Shown in pieces: positions 1-10,334 of a stretch of 54,681 nt of DNA. The position numbers and the translations under genes were made by a program. The DNA is from an uncultured bacterium (GTDB lineage: Bacteria; Deinococcota; Deinococci; Deinococcales; Marinithermaceae), in assembly GCA_964543365.1 (NCBI GenBank), contig CAZIXU010000001.1:4411-59091 (forward strand), given 5' to 3'. The notes under the pieces are model-generated. The model searched no databases, was not told the origin of the DNA, and was given only the letters and a program-made list of their open reading frames with translations. The first letter of the stretch is position 1. Each line of letters starts with the position of its first letter.

Positions 1-990
1 GACGAAGACGATACCCCAATGGTCAGCCGCGAAGACCTGGAAACCGTGGTCGATTCCTGGGGCGGCGTCTACGTGGACGATTCCGAAGAAGAAAACCTGC
101 TGGAGCTGGAAAACCGCCTGCGCGAGAAGGTCGTCGGCCAGGACGAGGCGGTGCGGGCGCTGGCTTCGTCGCTGCGTCGGGCCAAGGTCGGCCTCGGCGG
201 CCGTACCCGGGTGACCGCCAGCTTCCTCTTCGTCGGCCCCAGCGGCGTCGGTAAGACGCAGCTGGCCAAGGCGTTGGCGGAAACGCTGTTTGGCAGCGAG
301 CGGGCGCTGATCCGCTTCGACATGTCCGAGTTCCAGGAGCCGCACTCGATATCCAAGCTGATCGGGGCGCCCCCGGGATACGTCGGCCACGAGCAGGGCG
401 GCCGCCTGACCGAAGCGGTGCGTAAGCAGCCGTTCAGCGTGGTGCTGCTCGACGAAATCGAGAAGGCCCACCCCGACGTTTACGGAACCTTCCTGCAGGT
501 CCTCGACGACGGCCGCCTGACCGACGGTCTCGGCCGCACGGTCGACTTCCGCCGGGTGATCCTGATCATGACCTCCAACACCGGTTTCAACGTCGGCCCG
601 GCTATCGGTTTCACCGATTCCGAGGTAGATAACGAATCCCCCCTCAAGGCCCTCTTCACGCCCGAGTTTCTCGACCGGCTCGACGAGGTCATTCGCTTCA
701 ACACCCTTGGCGAAGAAGAGCTGGTACAGATAGCCGGCTTTATGTTGCGGGAGATTGCCGATGAGCTGGCCAGCCGCGAGGTCACGGTAGAGTTTGACGA
801 AAGCGTGGCCCGCTGGATCGTATCGCAGGCGCCCAAGCTGGGTTCGGCGCGGGTGCTGCGCAGCATCATCCGCAACAAGGTCGAAGACCCGCTTTCGCTT
901 CAGCTGCTGGCGAATCCACAAGGCAGATTGCGCGTCGGTTTGCAGGGCGGCGAACTGGCCTTCGAGACCGGTGAGGTGAGCCTCGTATAG
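1..990 (+). CDS. clpC: ATP-dependent Clp protease ATP-binding subunit ClpC (C-terminal part, truncated by window edge)
   Basis: Frame is open from base 1. Second AAA+ module: VVGQDEAV, Walker A GPSGVGKT, DMSEFQE, GAPPGYVG, Walker B LLDEIEKAH. ClpP-docking IGF loop (AIGF). Confidence 0.9.
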   Translation, partial: DEDDTPMVSREDLETVVDSWGGVYVDDSEEENLLELENRLREKVVGQDEAVRALASSLRRAKVGLGGRTRVTASFLFVGPSGVGKTQLAKALAETLFGSERALIRFDMSEFQEPHSISKLIGAPPGYVGHEQGGRLTEAVRKQPFSVVLLDEIEKAHPDVYGTFLQVLDDGRLTDGLGRTVDFRRVILIMTSNTGFNVGPAIGFTDSEVDNESPLKALFTPEFLDRLDEVIRFNTLGEEELVQIAGFMLREIADELASREVTVEFDESVARWIVSQAPKLGSARVLRSIIRNKVEDPLSLQLLANPQGRLRVGLQGGELAFETGEVSLV

Positions 991-1033
991 TCATGCCAAA
1001 GCCGCGGCGGCAAGCCGGAAGGGGTGAGACTTA

Positions 1034-2320
1034 GTGGCTAAGGCGCGCGTCGCCTATCGTTGCGTCGAGTGCGGCTACAAAGCGCCCAAACCTCTCGGAA
1101 GGTGTCCCGCTTGCGGGGCCTGGGGCAGTTTTACCTTGGAAGAGCCAGTCGCGGCCGAGAAACCCGGTGCGGTTGCGGCGGTCCTTTTGCGCCTACAGGA
1201 GGTAGAGGCCAAAGCCGAGCCGCGCTTTTCCAGCGGGGTGGACGAGCTCGACCGGGTACTGGGCGGCGGCTTCGTTCCCGGAGCGGCGCTCTTGATTGGC
1301 GGCGAGCCGGGGGTCGGCAAGAGCACCCTCCTCCTGCAGGTTGCCGACCGGGTACTGGCAAGTGGCCGCAAGGTGGTCTACGTTGCCGGTGAGGAGTCAC
1401 CCCGCCAGGTCAAGATGCGAGCCGAGCGGCTGGGGGTAGAGGCTGACCTGGAGCTGATTCGCGATACTCAACTAGACTCGGTCCTCTCCGGGCTCGAGGC
1501 GGCGTCGCCGCAGCTGGTGGTGGTCGATTCGATCCAAACGCTCGAGTCGGAGGGCGTACCCGGATCGCTGGTCGCGGTACGTAACGCTACCCAGGCGCTG
1601 GTCCGCTGGGCCAAGCAGGGCGGCGCCACCCTGGTGCTGGTCGGTCACGTGACCAAGGAGGGAACCGTCGCCGGCCCCAAGGTAATCGAACACGTCGTCG
1701 ACGCCACCCTTTACCTGGAAACAGCCGGAGTCTACCGGGTCTTGCGCTCGGCCAAGAACCGCTTCGGCGCGGTCGGCGAGGTGGGGGTCTTCCGCATGGA
1801 AAACAGCGGCCTGGTGGGGGTACCCAATCCATCCGAGGCCTTCCTGGCCGAACGGCCGCTAGGCGTTCCCGGCTCGGCGGTGGGGTTGGCCCTCTACGGC
1901 GAGCGGGCGATTGCACTCGAAGTCCAGGCACTGGCCGCCAAGAGCCCCTATGCAGCCCCAAAGCGGGTGGCCCAGGGTCTCGACGCCCGCCGGGTGGACG
2001 TGATACTGGCGGTCCTGGAAAGGCGTTTGGGTCTCAAGCTGGGCCACCTCGACGTCTACGTCAACCTGGCAGGCGGCTTACGGGTAAGCGACCCGGGCCT
2101 CGACCTGGCGGTGGCGCTGGCGGTATATTCGGCGGTAATCGGCCGCCCCGTAGAAGGCAAAACGGCCGCCGTCGGGGAGATAGGCCTGGCAGGCGAGGTG
2201 CGGAGCGTAAACGCGCTCGAGGCCAGATTGAAAGAAGGCGAGCGCGCCGGATTTAGTAAATTTCTTCACCCCAAAACGGTGCGCAACCTGGAGGAAGCAT
2301 TGCGGGAGGCACTCGCATGA
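1034..2320 (+). CDS. radA: DNA repair protein RadA/Sms
   Basis: C4 zinc finger CVECG...CPACG, Walker A GEPGVGKST, KNRFG motif, Lon-like C-terminal domain. Confidence 0.97.
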   Translation: MAKARVAYRCVECGYKAPKPLGRCPACGAWGSFTLEEPVAAEKPGAVAAVLLRLQEVEAKAEPRFSSGVDELDRVLGGGFVPGAALLIGGEPGVGKSTLLLQVADRVLASGRKVVYVAGEESPRQVKMRAERLGVEADLELIRDTQLDSVLSGLEAASPQLVVVDSIQTLESEGVPGSLVAVRNATQALVRWAKQGGATLVLVGHVTKEGTVAGPKVIEHVVDATLYLETAGVYRVLRSAKNRFGAVGEVGVFRMENSGLVGVPNPSEAFLAERPLGVPGSAVGLALYGERAIALEVQALAAKSPYAAPKRVAQGLDARRVDVILAVLERRLGLKLGHLDVYVNLAGGLRVSDPGLDLAVALAVYSAVIGRPVEGKTAAVGEIGLAGEVRSVNALEARLKEGERAGFSKFLHPKTVRNLEEALREALA

Positions 2321-3345
2321 CGGTATTACGGGCGATATTACTGGCAGCCTTTACCTACCTGGGCTATTTGAGCGGCCAGGTGCTGGTCATGAGGGGAGTA
2401 ATCGGCAGCCAGATAAACCTGATCTACCTCACCCTGGCCGGTCTGCTAATCGGGTTGTTGCTGGCGCCGCGGCTAGAGTACCTCTACCGGGTAGCCGTCA
2501 AGCGGGCCGAAGACGCCTGGAACCGGTTGCCCCCTGAACTGCCGCTGGCCGTGACCGTGGCCAACACGCTGGCCTTGCTGCTGGCGGTGCTGTTGACGAC
2601 CCTCTTGTCGTCTATGCCGGGTTTCGCCTGGTACCACTCGACGCTGATAGCCCTCGTCTTAATCGTAGCCTTGAGCGCGGTCGCGGTTCGTAACCTCCAC
2701 TTCTTCGGCCGCGAAGGCGGCGTCCGGGCCAGTACCCGCCTGGGTGGAAAGGCGCTCGATTCCTCGGTCTTGATAGACGGTCGTATTGCCGAGATGGCTG
2801 AGCTGGGTTGGTTGGAAGGTCCTCTGTGGGTGCCGCGCTTCATCCTGCGTGAGTTGCAGCTATTGGCCGATCAGGAAGACCCCGTGCGTCGCGGCAAGGG
2901 GCGGCGCGGTCTGGAAGTGTTGGAGCGACTTGGCAAGATGGTTGAGATCGAGGTTATAGATGACGAGGTCGGTGACCAGGATCTGACCGACGACAAGCTA
3001 CTAGACCTGTGCCGCAGCCGGGAGATGGCCCTGATTACCAACGACGCCGCCATGGTTCAGATGGCGCGAATTTACGGGGTCAAGGCCCTCAGTATCCAGG
3101 CCCTTTCTATAGCCTTGCGAACCCAGTACCGTCCGGGAGACCGTGTCGAACTGGAGATAATAAAGCCTGGTCGCGAGCCGGGTCAGGGGGTCGGCTACCT
3201 GGAAGACGGCACTATGGTTGTCGTTGATGGCGCTGCTCGCTTAATGGGAAAAAAAGTACCAGTGATTATTACCCAATCGATTCAGACCCAGGTCGGTAGG
3301 CTAGTGTTTGCCCGCCTGGAAGGAGAGAAAGACACGGAAGCCTAG
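2317..3345 (+). CDS. Membrane-anchored PIN/TRAM domain protein (YacL-like)
   Basis: About 4 N-terminal TM segments, PIN acidic residues (LDSSVLIDGRI, ELQ, DDKL, TND), C-terminal TRAM (GVGYLEDGTMVVV). ATGA overlap with radA. Confidence 0.9.
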   Translation: MTVLRAILLAAFTYLGYLSGQVLVMRGVIGSQINLIYLTLAGLLIGLLLAPRLEYLYRVAVKRAEDAWNRLPPELPLAVTVANTLALLLAVLLTTLLSSMPGFAWYHSTLIALVLIVALSAVAVRNLHFFGREGGVRASTRLGGKALDSSVLIDGRIAEMAELGWLEGPLWVPRFILRELQLLADQEDPVRRGKGRRGLEVLERLGKMVEIEVIDDEVGDQDLTDDKLLDLCRSREMALITNDAAMVQMARIYGVKALSIQALSIALRTQYRPGDRVELEIIKPGREPGQGVGYLEDGTMVVVDGAARLMGKKVPVIITQSIQTQVGRLVFARLEGEKDTEA

Positions 3346-4190
3346 GGGGCCGGCAGCACCCGAACCCGGCCGATGCCGGTGCGTATTTTCAGTTGCAAAG
3401 GTTTGCCCAGTCCCCGCTTCCAGGCGTCGGTACCGCGCTCGAGACCGCTGACCTCGAGCGAGCCAATGCCCCTACTGGCCTCGAGGCTGACCGCGACGGA
3501 CTCGGGAAGGTATACCGTCAGGTCGCCGACACCGCCGGAAATCTCGTACTCCCCGGGGCTGTCCGGCAGGAAGACGGTCGTCTTCCCGACCCCGACCTGC
3601 AAATCGAACCTTTCAATCCGCAATCCGCGCAGGTCGATACGGCTGTTGCCGACGCCCAATTCCAATCGCAGCCGGTATAGCGGCCGCGGGTTGAGGTGCA
3701 GCCGCCAGTGGGGGCCGGGACCGTTCCAGTGCAGGCGGCGGGACCTGGTAGATAAAGAAACTGTCAGGTGGTCGCCCCGCTGTCGCCTGCTGGTCCGCAA
3801 CCGCTCACCGGGTAGGAGCTCGACTTTTCCCGCGAGCAGCTCCCCGCCAGCTTCACCGGCCGAAAGCTCAAATTCGGCCAGCCGGGGGGTTAACTCGAGA
3901 GAGACCAGCTCGACCCCCGTTGGAAGGTCGAGGCTTACGTTTTCGGTTCGCAGCCTGTTTCGTTCTCCCCCCAGGGAGATCCAGGCGATCGATAGGGCCA
4001 GCAAGACCAGAGTGATCAGCAGCGAAGCTCGCCTACCGTCCGGGCGGTCGCGGAAGAGTACGTCTAGGCCCAGGGCGACCAGTATTAACGGCCAGAGGCG
4101 CCAAAGATCGGTCAAACCGCCGGGCAACAGGCCAAGGTCTCCCAGGAGCCAGAGAAGCCCGGCGACCAGCAGGAGCAGGCCGAAGCTCAC
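3342..4190 (-). CDS. LiaF/DUF5668-type membrane protein with C-terminal beta-solenoid (toast-rack-like) domain
   Basis: N-terminal hydrophobic G..LL..G...LL..LG...LW.LWP.ILVALG pattern; repeated GVG/GIG beta-solenoid turns; follows the PspC-domain gene. Confidence 0.7.
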   Translation of the reverse strand: MSFGLLLLVAGLLWLLGDLGLLPGGLTDLWRLWPLILVALGLDVLFRDRPDGRRASLLITLVLLALSIAWISLGGERNRLRTENVSLDLPTGVELVSLELTPRLAEFELSAGEAGGELLAGKVELLPGERLRTSRRQRGDHLTVSLSTRSRRLHWNGPGPHWRLHLNPRPLYRLRLELGVGNSRIDLRGLRIERFDLQVGVGKTTVFLPDSPGEYEISGGVGDLTVYLPESVAVSLEASRGIGSLEVSGLERGTDAWKRGLGKPLQLKIRTGIGRVRVLPAP

Positions 4191-4191
4191 T

Positions 4192-4614
4192 TCAAACCTC
4201 CTTGAACAGCAGCAGGTATACTCCCAGGCCTACCAGGAGCAAAGCCCCCAGCCAGTTCCAGTCGAACCAGAGCAGACCTAGGTTGTCCAGCAGCAGGAGC
4301 AGACCGAGAACGGTCAGGCCAATTCCCAGCCAGAGGCGGCCACGATGATCGCCCTCCAGTTTCTCGATCCTTTCTTCGATTTCGCGGGCGCTGGATCTGA
4401 CCCTATCGCCCAGGGGTTCGCCTTCGCTGCCAGGGCGGGGGAGAAGTAGAGCCAGGAGCAGGTAGAGCAGAACGAAGGATGGCTGAATGAATAGGAGAAT
4501 CAGAAAGACCAGTCGTACCAGATTCGAATCGATGCCCAAATACTCGCCAATACCGCCGCAGACGCCGGCTATCAAGCTGTCCTTCTGGCTGCGCTCGAGC
4601 CTTTTGTGCTCCAT
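4192..4614 (-). CDS. PspC domain-containing membrane protein (envelope stress)
   Basis: KRLERSQKDSLIAGVCGGIGEYLGIDSNLVRL is a PspC signature; two further C-terminal TM helices; SD GGAGG. Confidence 0.88.
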   Translation of the reverse strand: MEHKRLERSQKDSLIAGVCGGIGEYLGIDSNLVRLVFLILLFIQPSFVLLYLLLALLLPRPGSEGEPLGDRVRSSAREIEERIEKLEGDHRGRLWLGIGLTVLGLLLLLDNLGLLWFDWNWLGALLLVGLGVYLLLFKEV

Positions 4615-4732
4615 TTGTCCTCCTGGCTCCAGTCTAGCGCAATATGACTTTTAACCCACGAGAAGGTTAAGGGCTGAGGGTATAATACCTGCGGCCGCGA
4701 CGCGGCATTTTAAAAAGCACGGGAGGTGCCTT

Positions 4733-5862
4733 TTGAAACTCCACGAGTTCCAAGCGAAGGAAATACTGGCGAAGTACGGCGTACCCGTACCGCCGGGCAA
4801 GGTGGCGTACACGCCGGAAGAAGCCGAGCGTATCGCCAAGGACTACGGTAAGTTAGTGGTCATCAAGGCCCAGGTTCACGTCGGTGGTCGCGGCAAGGCC
4901 GGCGGCGTCAAGCTAGCCAAACCCGAAGAGTCGCGCGAGGTCGCCGGCAAGATTCTGGGAATGGACATCAAGGGCCTGACGGTCAAGAAGGTCCTGGTGG
5001 CCGAGGCGGTCGACATCGCCAAAGAGTATTACGCCGGTCTGATCATCGACCGCTCCAGTCAGCGTGTCGTCTTGATGGTCAGCAAAGAAGGCGGCGTCGA
5101 TATCGAAGAAGTCGCCCGTACCAACCCGCAGGCGATCGTCAAGTACGCCATCGACCCCCACAAGGGCCTGCGCCACTTCGAGGCCCGCGAGGTCGTCAAG
5201 CAGGCCGGCCTCGAGGGCAACCTCAACCGTCTGGCCAACGTCATCGTCCAGCTCTACAACGCCTTCGTCGGCAGCGACGCCTCGCTGGCCGAGATCAACC
5301 CGCTGGTCGTGACCGAGCAGGGCGAGATCATCGCCGCTGACGCCAAGATCGACCTCGACGACAACGCCCTCTTCCGTCACGCCGACCTGGCCAAGCTACG
5401 CGAGGTCGAGGCCGAGCACCCGCTCGAGATCGAAGCCAGCAACTACGGCTTCGCCTACGTCAAGCTCGACGGCGACGTCGGCGTGATCGGCAACGGCGCC
5501 GGCTTGGTAATGTACACCCTAGACCTGGTCAACCGCGCCGGCGGCAAGCCCGCCAACTTCCTCGACATTGGTGGCGGCGCCAAGGCCGACGTGGTCTACA
5601 ACGCCGTCAAGCTGGTGGCCAAGGACCCGGACGTCAAGGGCATCTTCATCAATATCTTCGGCGGCATCACCCGCGCCGACGAGGTGGCCAAGGGCGTCAT
5701 TCAGGCGCTCGAAGAAGGCATCATCAAGGTGCCGGTCGTCATGCGCGTCGCCGGGACCGCCGAGGAGGAGGCCAAGAAGCTGCTCGAGGGCAAGCCGATC
5801 TACCTCTACCCCAACTCGCTCGAGGCGGCCAAGGCCATCGTCACCATGGTGGGAGGCGCAAA

Positions 5863-5866
<4 letters not shown>
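4733..5866 (+). CDS. sucC: Succinate-CoA ligase (ADP-forming) beta subunit
   Basis: [45 protein letters not shown]; TTG start after SD GGAGG; TATAAT at 4681-4686. Confidence 0.97.
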
Positions 5867-6732
<866 letters not shown>

Positions 6733-6750
6733 GCCGGCAGGAACGAAACA

Positions 6751-6783
6751 ACGAAGCCGGCTGATCAGCCGGCTTCGTCTTTT
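6751..6783. terminator. Intrinsic terminator after sucD (28-bp perfect palindrome), probably bidirectional
   Basis: ACGAAGCCGGCTGA|TCAGCCGGCTTCGT (6751-6778) followed by CTTTT; overlaps the stop of the convergent gene. Confidence 0.75.
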
Positions 6784-7886
6784 GAAGGGAGAGAGCCCAG
6801 GTAAGTCAACGCCAGCGGCTCCAGACGATTGAAGATCCAGGTCAGCGCAAAGGCGGTTTGCGGTAGTACCGTTTCCCATCCTGCTACCACCGCCAGGAAT
6901 GCAACGTGGAAGAGGGCGCTTTCGAAGGCGATCCGTCTGCCTGCGGTCTTTTTCCAGAGCTTCAACCAGGCGCGACCCTGCTGCCAGGCCAGCAGGGAAG
7001 CGTAACCGGCGTAGGCCAGCAGGGGCCAGCCGCCGGGTGACAACAGGCCAAGCGACACCAGCAGCAGTCCGGTTAGGGCGACGAAGCGGAAAGCTTCGAG
7101 GGTCTCCGTTTGCGCCGAAGCCAAGCCGAGGGTTTTGACGTTCAACTCGCGTGCGGAAGGCGGTTTGAAACCCTGCTCGGGCGTCCAGGGCGAATCCGGC
7201 CAGAAGAAGACGGAATCGGCAGGAGTTTCGCCGTTACGCTCTTCGGTGCAAGGCAGCGAGTCGGCGGGCAAGGGGCCGCTACCCCAGCTCAAGCGGCGCC
7301 CCTCGTGACCGTGCAGGTAGTCTTCGGGATCGGGCGCCAGCCCCTGTGAGAGCCAGAAGCCCGGGATGACCGGCAGGACAAGGTGGAGCCAGGGGTCGCA
7401 AATGACAGCGCCCGCCGGCGTTTGCAGCCGGCACCAGGCGTGCGGGGTCGGTTTGCCGAGCAAGAGGTGGCCCAGCATTACCTCTCCGGACCAGCCGCGA
7501 ATGCGAGCCTCGGCGACCACCGCCAGCGAGAGCCTTAGCGAGGCTTCGCCCGCTTGGACGTCGGAGTTGCCGAGGAGCCGGTAACCGGTATCACTGAGCT
7601 GGGAATATGCCGCTTCTATCAGTGAACGGACCTCCTCGTCGGAGTCGTGCCCGCTGTACTGGAACGTGCTGCTGGTTTCGAGCTCGAAATCGAGTTCCAG
7701 CCGTGATCCTGCGGGCAGTTCGAAGCAGGCCAGACTGCGGTTGGCCTCGCTAAGCCGTTCTTTCGGCGCCAGGGAAAGACGCGCCGCGTCGATGCGCTGG
7801 CCTGGTAAATCTTCGGGAAGCAGCAGATACAGACGTTGCGGCTGCTCGGGCGGAGCCGGGTAGCGGTAGCGGATGCGGTAACGCAT
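6765..7886 (-). CDS. Transglutaminase-like domain protein with C-terminal membrane helices (catalytic Cys apparently absent)
   Basis: PHAWC...DPW matches the His/Asp part of the transglutaminase-like triad; N-terminal beta-rich domain; hydrophobic C-terminus. Confidence 0.6.
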   Translation of the reverse strand: MRYRIRYRYPAPPEQPQRLYLLLPEDLPGQRIDAARLSLAPKERLSEANRSLACFELPAGSRLELDFELETSSTFQYSGHDSDEEVRSLIEAAYSQLSDTGYRLLGNSDVQAGEASLRLSLAVVAEARIRGWSGEVMLGHLLLGKPTPHAWCRLQTPAGAVICDPWLHLVLPVIPGFWLSQGLAPDPEDYLHGHEGRRLSWGSGPLPADSLPCTEERNGETPADSVFFWPDSPWTPEQGFKPPSARELNVKTLGLASAQTETLEAFRFVALTGLLLVSLGLLSPGGWPLLAYAGYASLLAWQQGRAWLKLWKKTAGRRIAFESALFHVAFLAVVAGWETVLPQTAFALTWIFNRLEPLALTYLGSLPSKDEAG

Positions 7887-7913
7887 GGTTACCGCATCCT
7901 ACCGTCTGCCTTT

Positions 7914-9086
7914 CTAGCCGAACAGCCGCAACGGTGTTTGCGGTTCGGGAAAGAGCTGAGCGGGATCGGCGCCGATGAAGCTTGCGGCTCCGGCGTAGAC
8001 GCTGCGGAAGTCTACCCGGTAGCGCAGGTCACCGTCATCTAGCTCGTCCAGATTCCAGGCGTTGTCTTTGCCGTGAATGCCCCCGTTTACCGGGCCCAAA
8101 GCGAACATGGCTCCGGCCTTGCCGTGATCGGTGCCGCCGGAGGCGTTCTCGGCGACGCGTCTCCCAAACTCGCTGAAGCCGAGGACGAGAACGTCGTCTT
8201 CTCTTCCTAGATCTCTCAGGTCCTGCTGGAAGGCCGCCAGACCGGCAGACAGGCTTTCCAGGAGCCTCGGCTGCCTTCCGAGCTGGTCTGAGTGGGTATC
8301 GAAGCCGTTCAGGGAAACGTAGTAGACCTTGGCTTCCAAACCGCCGCCGATCATCCTTACGACGTCGCGAAGGGAGCGACCGAAACTGTTCTTGGGATAC
8401 TCGGCGCGGGGTTCGAAGCCGCCGCTCAGTTCGGAAACGCGCTGGGTGTCGGAAACGAGGTGGGCCATTGCCTTGCGTGTGGCTTCGAGTTCGCCGGAAC
8501 GCGGCCTTTCCAGGCCGGCATGAAGCGCCGTCAGGTAGGGATCGGGCAGTTTGAGGCTGAAACCGTCGATACCGCCCATGCTGACCGCCGCTGCGCTTTC
8601 GCCACGCAGCGCCAGCGGTGTGGTCATGCCGAAATTGACGGCACAGAACGGATCATTGGATTCGTCTACGAGCTCTCCGAGCCAGCCGGTACGGGAACGT
8701 CGCTCGGGGTCGGCGCTATGCCAGACTGCCATGGAAACGAAGTGGCTGCGGTTGGGGTTTGGGTACCCTACCGAGGGTATCCATAATAAGCGGCCCCGTT
8801 CCCACTGGGCCATCAGGGGGCGCAGGCCGGGGTGGAGGCCGTGGCGACCGTCCAGGTCGAGCACCTCCGCGGCGGTGACGGCGAGGTTGGGGCGCAGCTT
8901 ATAGTAGTCTGCGTTCTTGTACGGGACGAGGGTGTTGAGGGCGTCGTTACCACCGGTCATCTGCACGACGACGAGGATGCGCTCACCGGCGGACGCGGCT
9001 CGAGCGGTCCGGCTAAGCAGCGATGGGGCGGCGCCGCCAACGGCCAAAGTGAGGAAAAGTCTTTCGATAAAAGTTCTGCGGTTCAC
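7914..9086 (-). CDS. DUF1501 family protein, Tat-exported
   Basis: Twin-Arg signal MNRRTF; GGNDALN, NPNRSHF, GFDTH, SEFGRR...N..GGTDHG motifs. Confidence 0.9.
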   Translation of the reverse strand: MNRRTFIERLFLTLAVGGAAPSLLSRTARAASAGERILVVVQMTGGNDALNTLVPYKNADYYKLRPNLAVTAAEVLDLDGRHGLHPGLRPLMAQWERGRLLWIPSVGYPNPNRSHFVSMAVWHSADPERRSRTGWLGELVDESNDPFCAVNFGMTTPLALRGESAAAVSMGGIDGFSLKLPDPYLTALHAGLERPRSGELEATRKAMAHLVSDTQRVSELSGGFEPRAEYPKNSFGRSLRDVVRMIGGGLEAKVYYVSLNGFDTHSDQLGRQPRLLESLSAGLAAFQQDLRDLGREDDVLVLGFSEFGRRVAENASGGTDHGKAGAMFALGPVNGGIHGKDNAWNLDELDDGDLRYRVDFRSVYAGAASFIGADPAQLFPEPQTPLRLFG

Positions 9087-9096
9087 CTGATACCTC

Positions 9097-10257
9097 CTAG
9101 AGCATCTGTGCTTCGGGCAGCACCGCGGCCCGCAGGTCGCTGCCGCCGTCCATAAAAACCTCGAGGTCGCCGCCGTTGCGAAGAACCAGCGGCAGCATAT
9201 TCAGCCTGGCCAGCAGCGCGGCGTCGCTGAGCCAGCGTCTGCCGCTTGGCCAGCCGTCGACTCCTGGAGGTTGGAAGGGGATCTGCCCCATACGGACAAA
9301 GACCGATACCAGGCGTCGCGTGACCTCGCTCTGACCCGAGGCGTAGAGCAAGCCAACCAGGTACTCGATGGGTGACTTGACCAAGGCATTCCGTACCTTG
9401 CTGCTGTAGAAGACCTCGTGGGTAAACAGCCAGTTGAGAAAGCCGTAGGTGCCGAGGTCGCGTAGGACTCGGGCCCCTTCCGCAACCAGCTCCGAATCAG
9501 GTTCTGGATGGAGGTAGAAACGCAGGAGTTTACCCGAGATATAGAGGTAGGTTTGCGGGTGCCGCGAGAGGACGTCCAGAACGTCTTCGCCGCCTTCTAC
9601 CTCCTGGCCCAGAAAGACTTTGCGGCCGTCGTCGTGCCATTTCCGGCGAAAAATGAAACCTTCGGCCCTCCCTTGACGCTCGGCTTCCCGGGGGCGCGTC
9701 ACCGACCAGCCGGTGAAAGCTCGGGCGACTTCCTTGACGTCCTTTTCCGTGTAGTGCCCTTCACCCAGGGTGAAGAGTTCCAGCAGTTCACGAGCCCAGT
9801 TTTCGTTGGGGTGTTCTTTTCTGCTCCTGGCGTTGTCCAGGTAGATCAACATTGCTGGATCGCGGGCCACCGCTTCCAGTAGGAGCGGAAAGGGTCCGGG
9901 GCCCAGGCGACGGAAGATCGCGTTTTGCTGCCACATCCAGCGGGTCCTCTTTACCTTGCGATACTCGCTGGTAAAGTGGCCGTGCCAGAACAGGGTCAAC
10001 CTTTCCGCCGCGGGCGTGGGGGTGGATATCCAGTGATCTATCCAGTGTCTTCCCAAAGACATCAGGTTGAGGCTGATGGCTTTGGGGTCATCGGGGAGCG
10101 GGGGTTCCGGTGCCGGCTGGGGATCGGTCAAAACTTCCGCAACCGCCCTCTCGAGACCTGCTTCAGCAAGGTGGCTGGCCTCTTCACCACGACCGCGAGC
10201 TGACGCGCGTCTCAATAAGTGCGCTGCTTCTTGCTTGCCAAAACGACCTTTGTACAT
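9097..10257 (-). CDS. DUF1800 family protein
   Basis: AAHLLRR, ERLTLFWHGHF, PAMLIYLDN, PNENWARELLELFTLG, ARAFTGW, KSPIE, PPGVDGW; usual pairing with DUF1501. Confidence 0.9.
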   Translation of the reverse strand: MYKGRFGKQEAAHLLRRASARGRGEEASHLAEAGLERAVAEVLTDPQPAPEPPLPDDPKAISLNLMSLGRHWIDHWISTPTPAAERLTLFWHGHFTSEYRKVKRTRWMWQQNAIFRRLGPGPFPLLLEAVARDPAMLIYLDNARSRKEHPNENWARELLELFTLGEGHYTEKDVKEVARAFTGWSVTRPREAERQGRAEGFIFRRKWHDDGRKVFLGQEVEGGEDVLDVLSRHPQTYLYISGKLLRFYLHPEPDSELVAEGARVLRDLGTYGFLNWLFTHEVFYSSKVRNALVKSPIEYLVGLLYASGQSEVTRRLVSVFVRMGQIPFQPPGVDGWPSGRRWLSDAALLARLNMLPLVLRNGGDLEVFMDGGSDLRAAVLPEAQML

Positions 10258-10334
10258 GGCGCCTCCTTTGAAACGAAGATATTTCGGCGCCCGGTTAACG
10301 GTATGGGAGTTGGTTAAAGTTGCGTAAATGTTTT

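Noticed and set aside
2317-3345. PIN protein as a VapC toxin of a TA system
   Set aside because: Membrane-anchored PIN/TRAM housekeeping architecture and no antitoxin gene.
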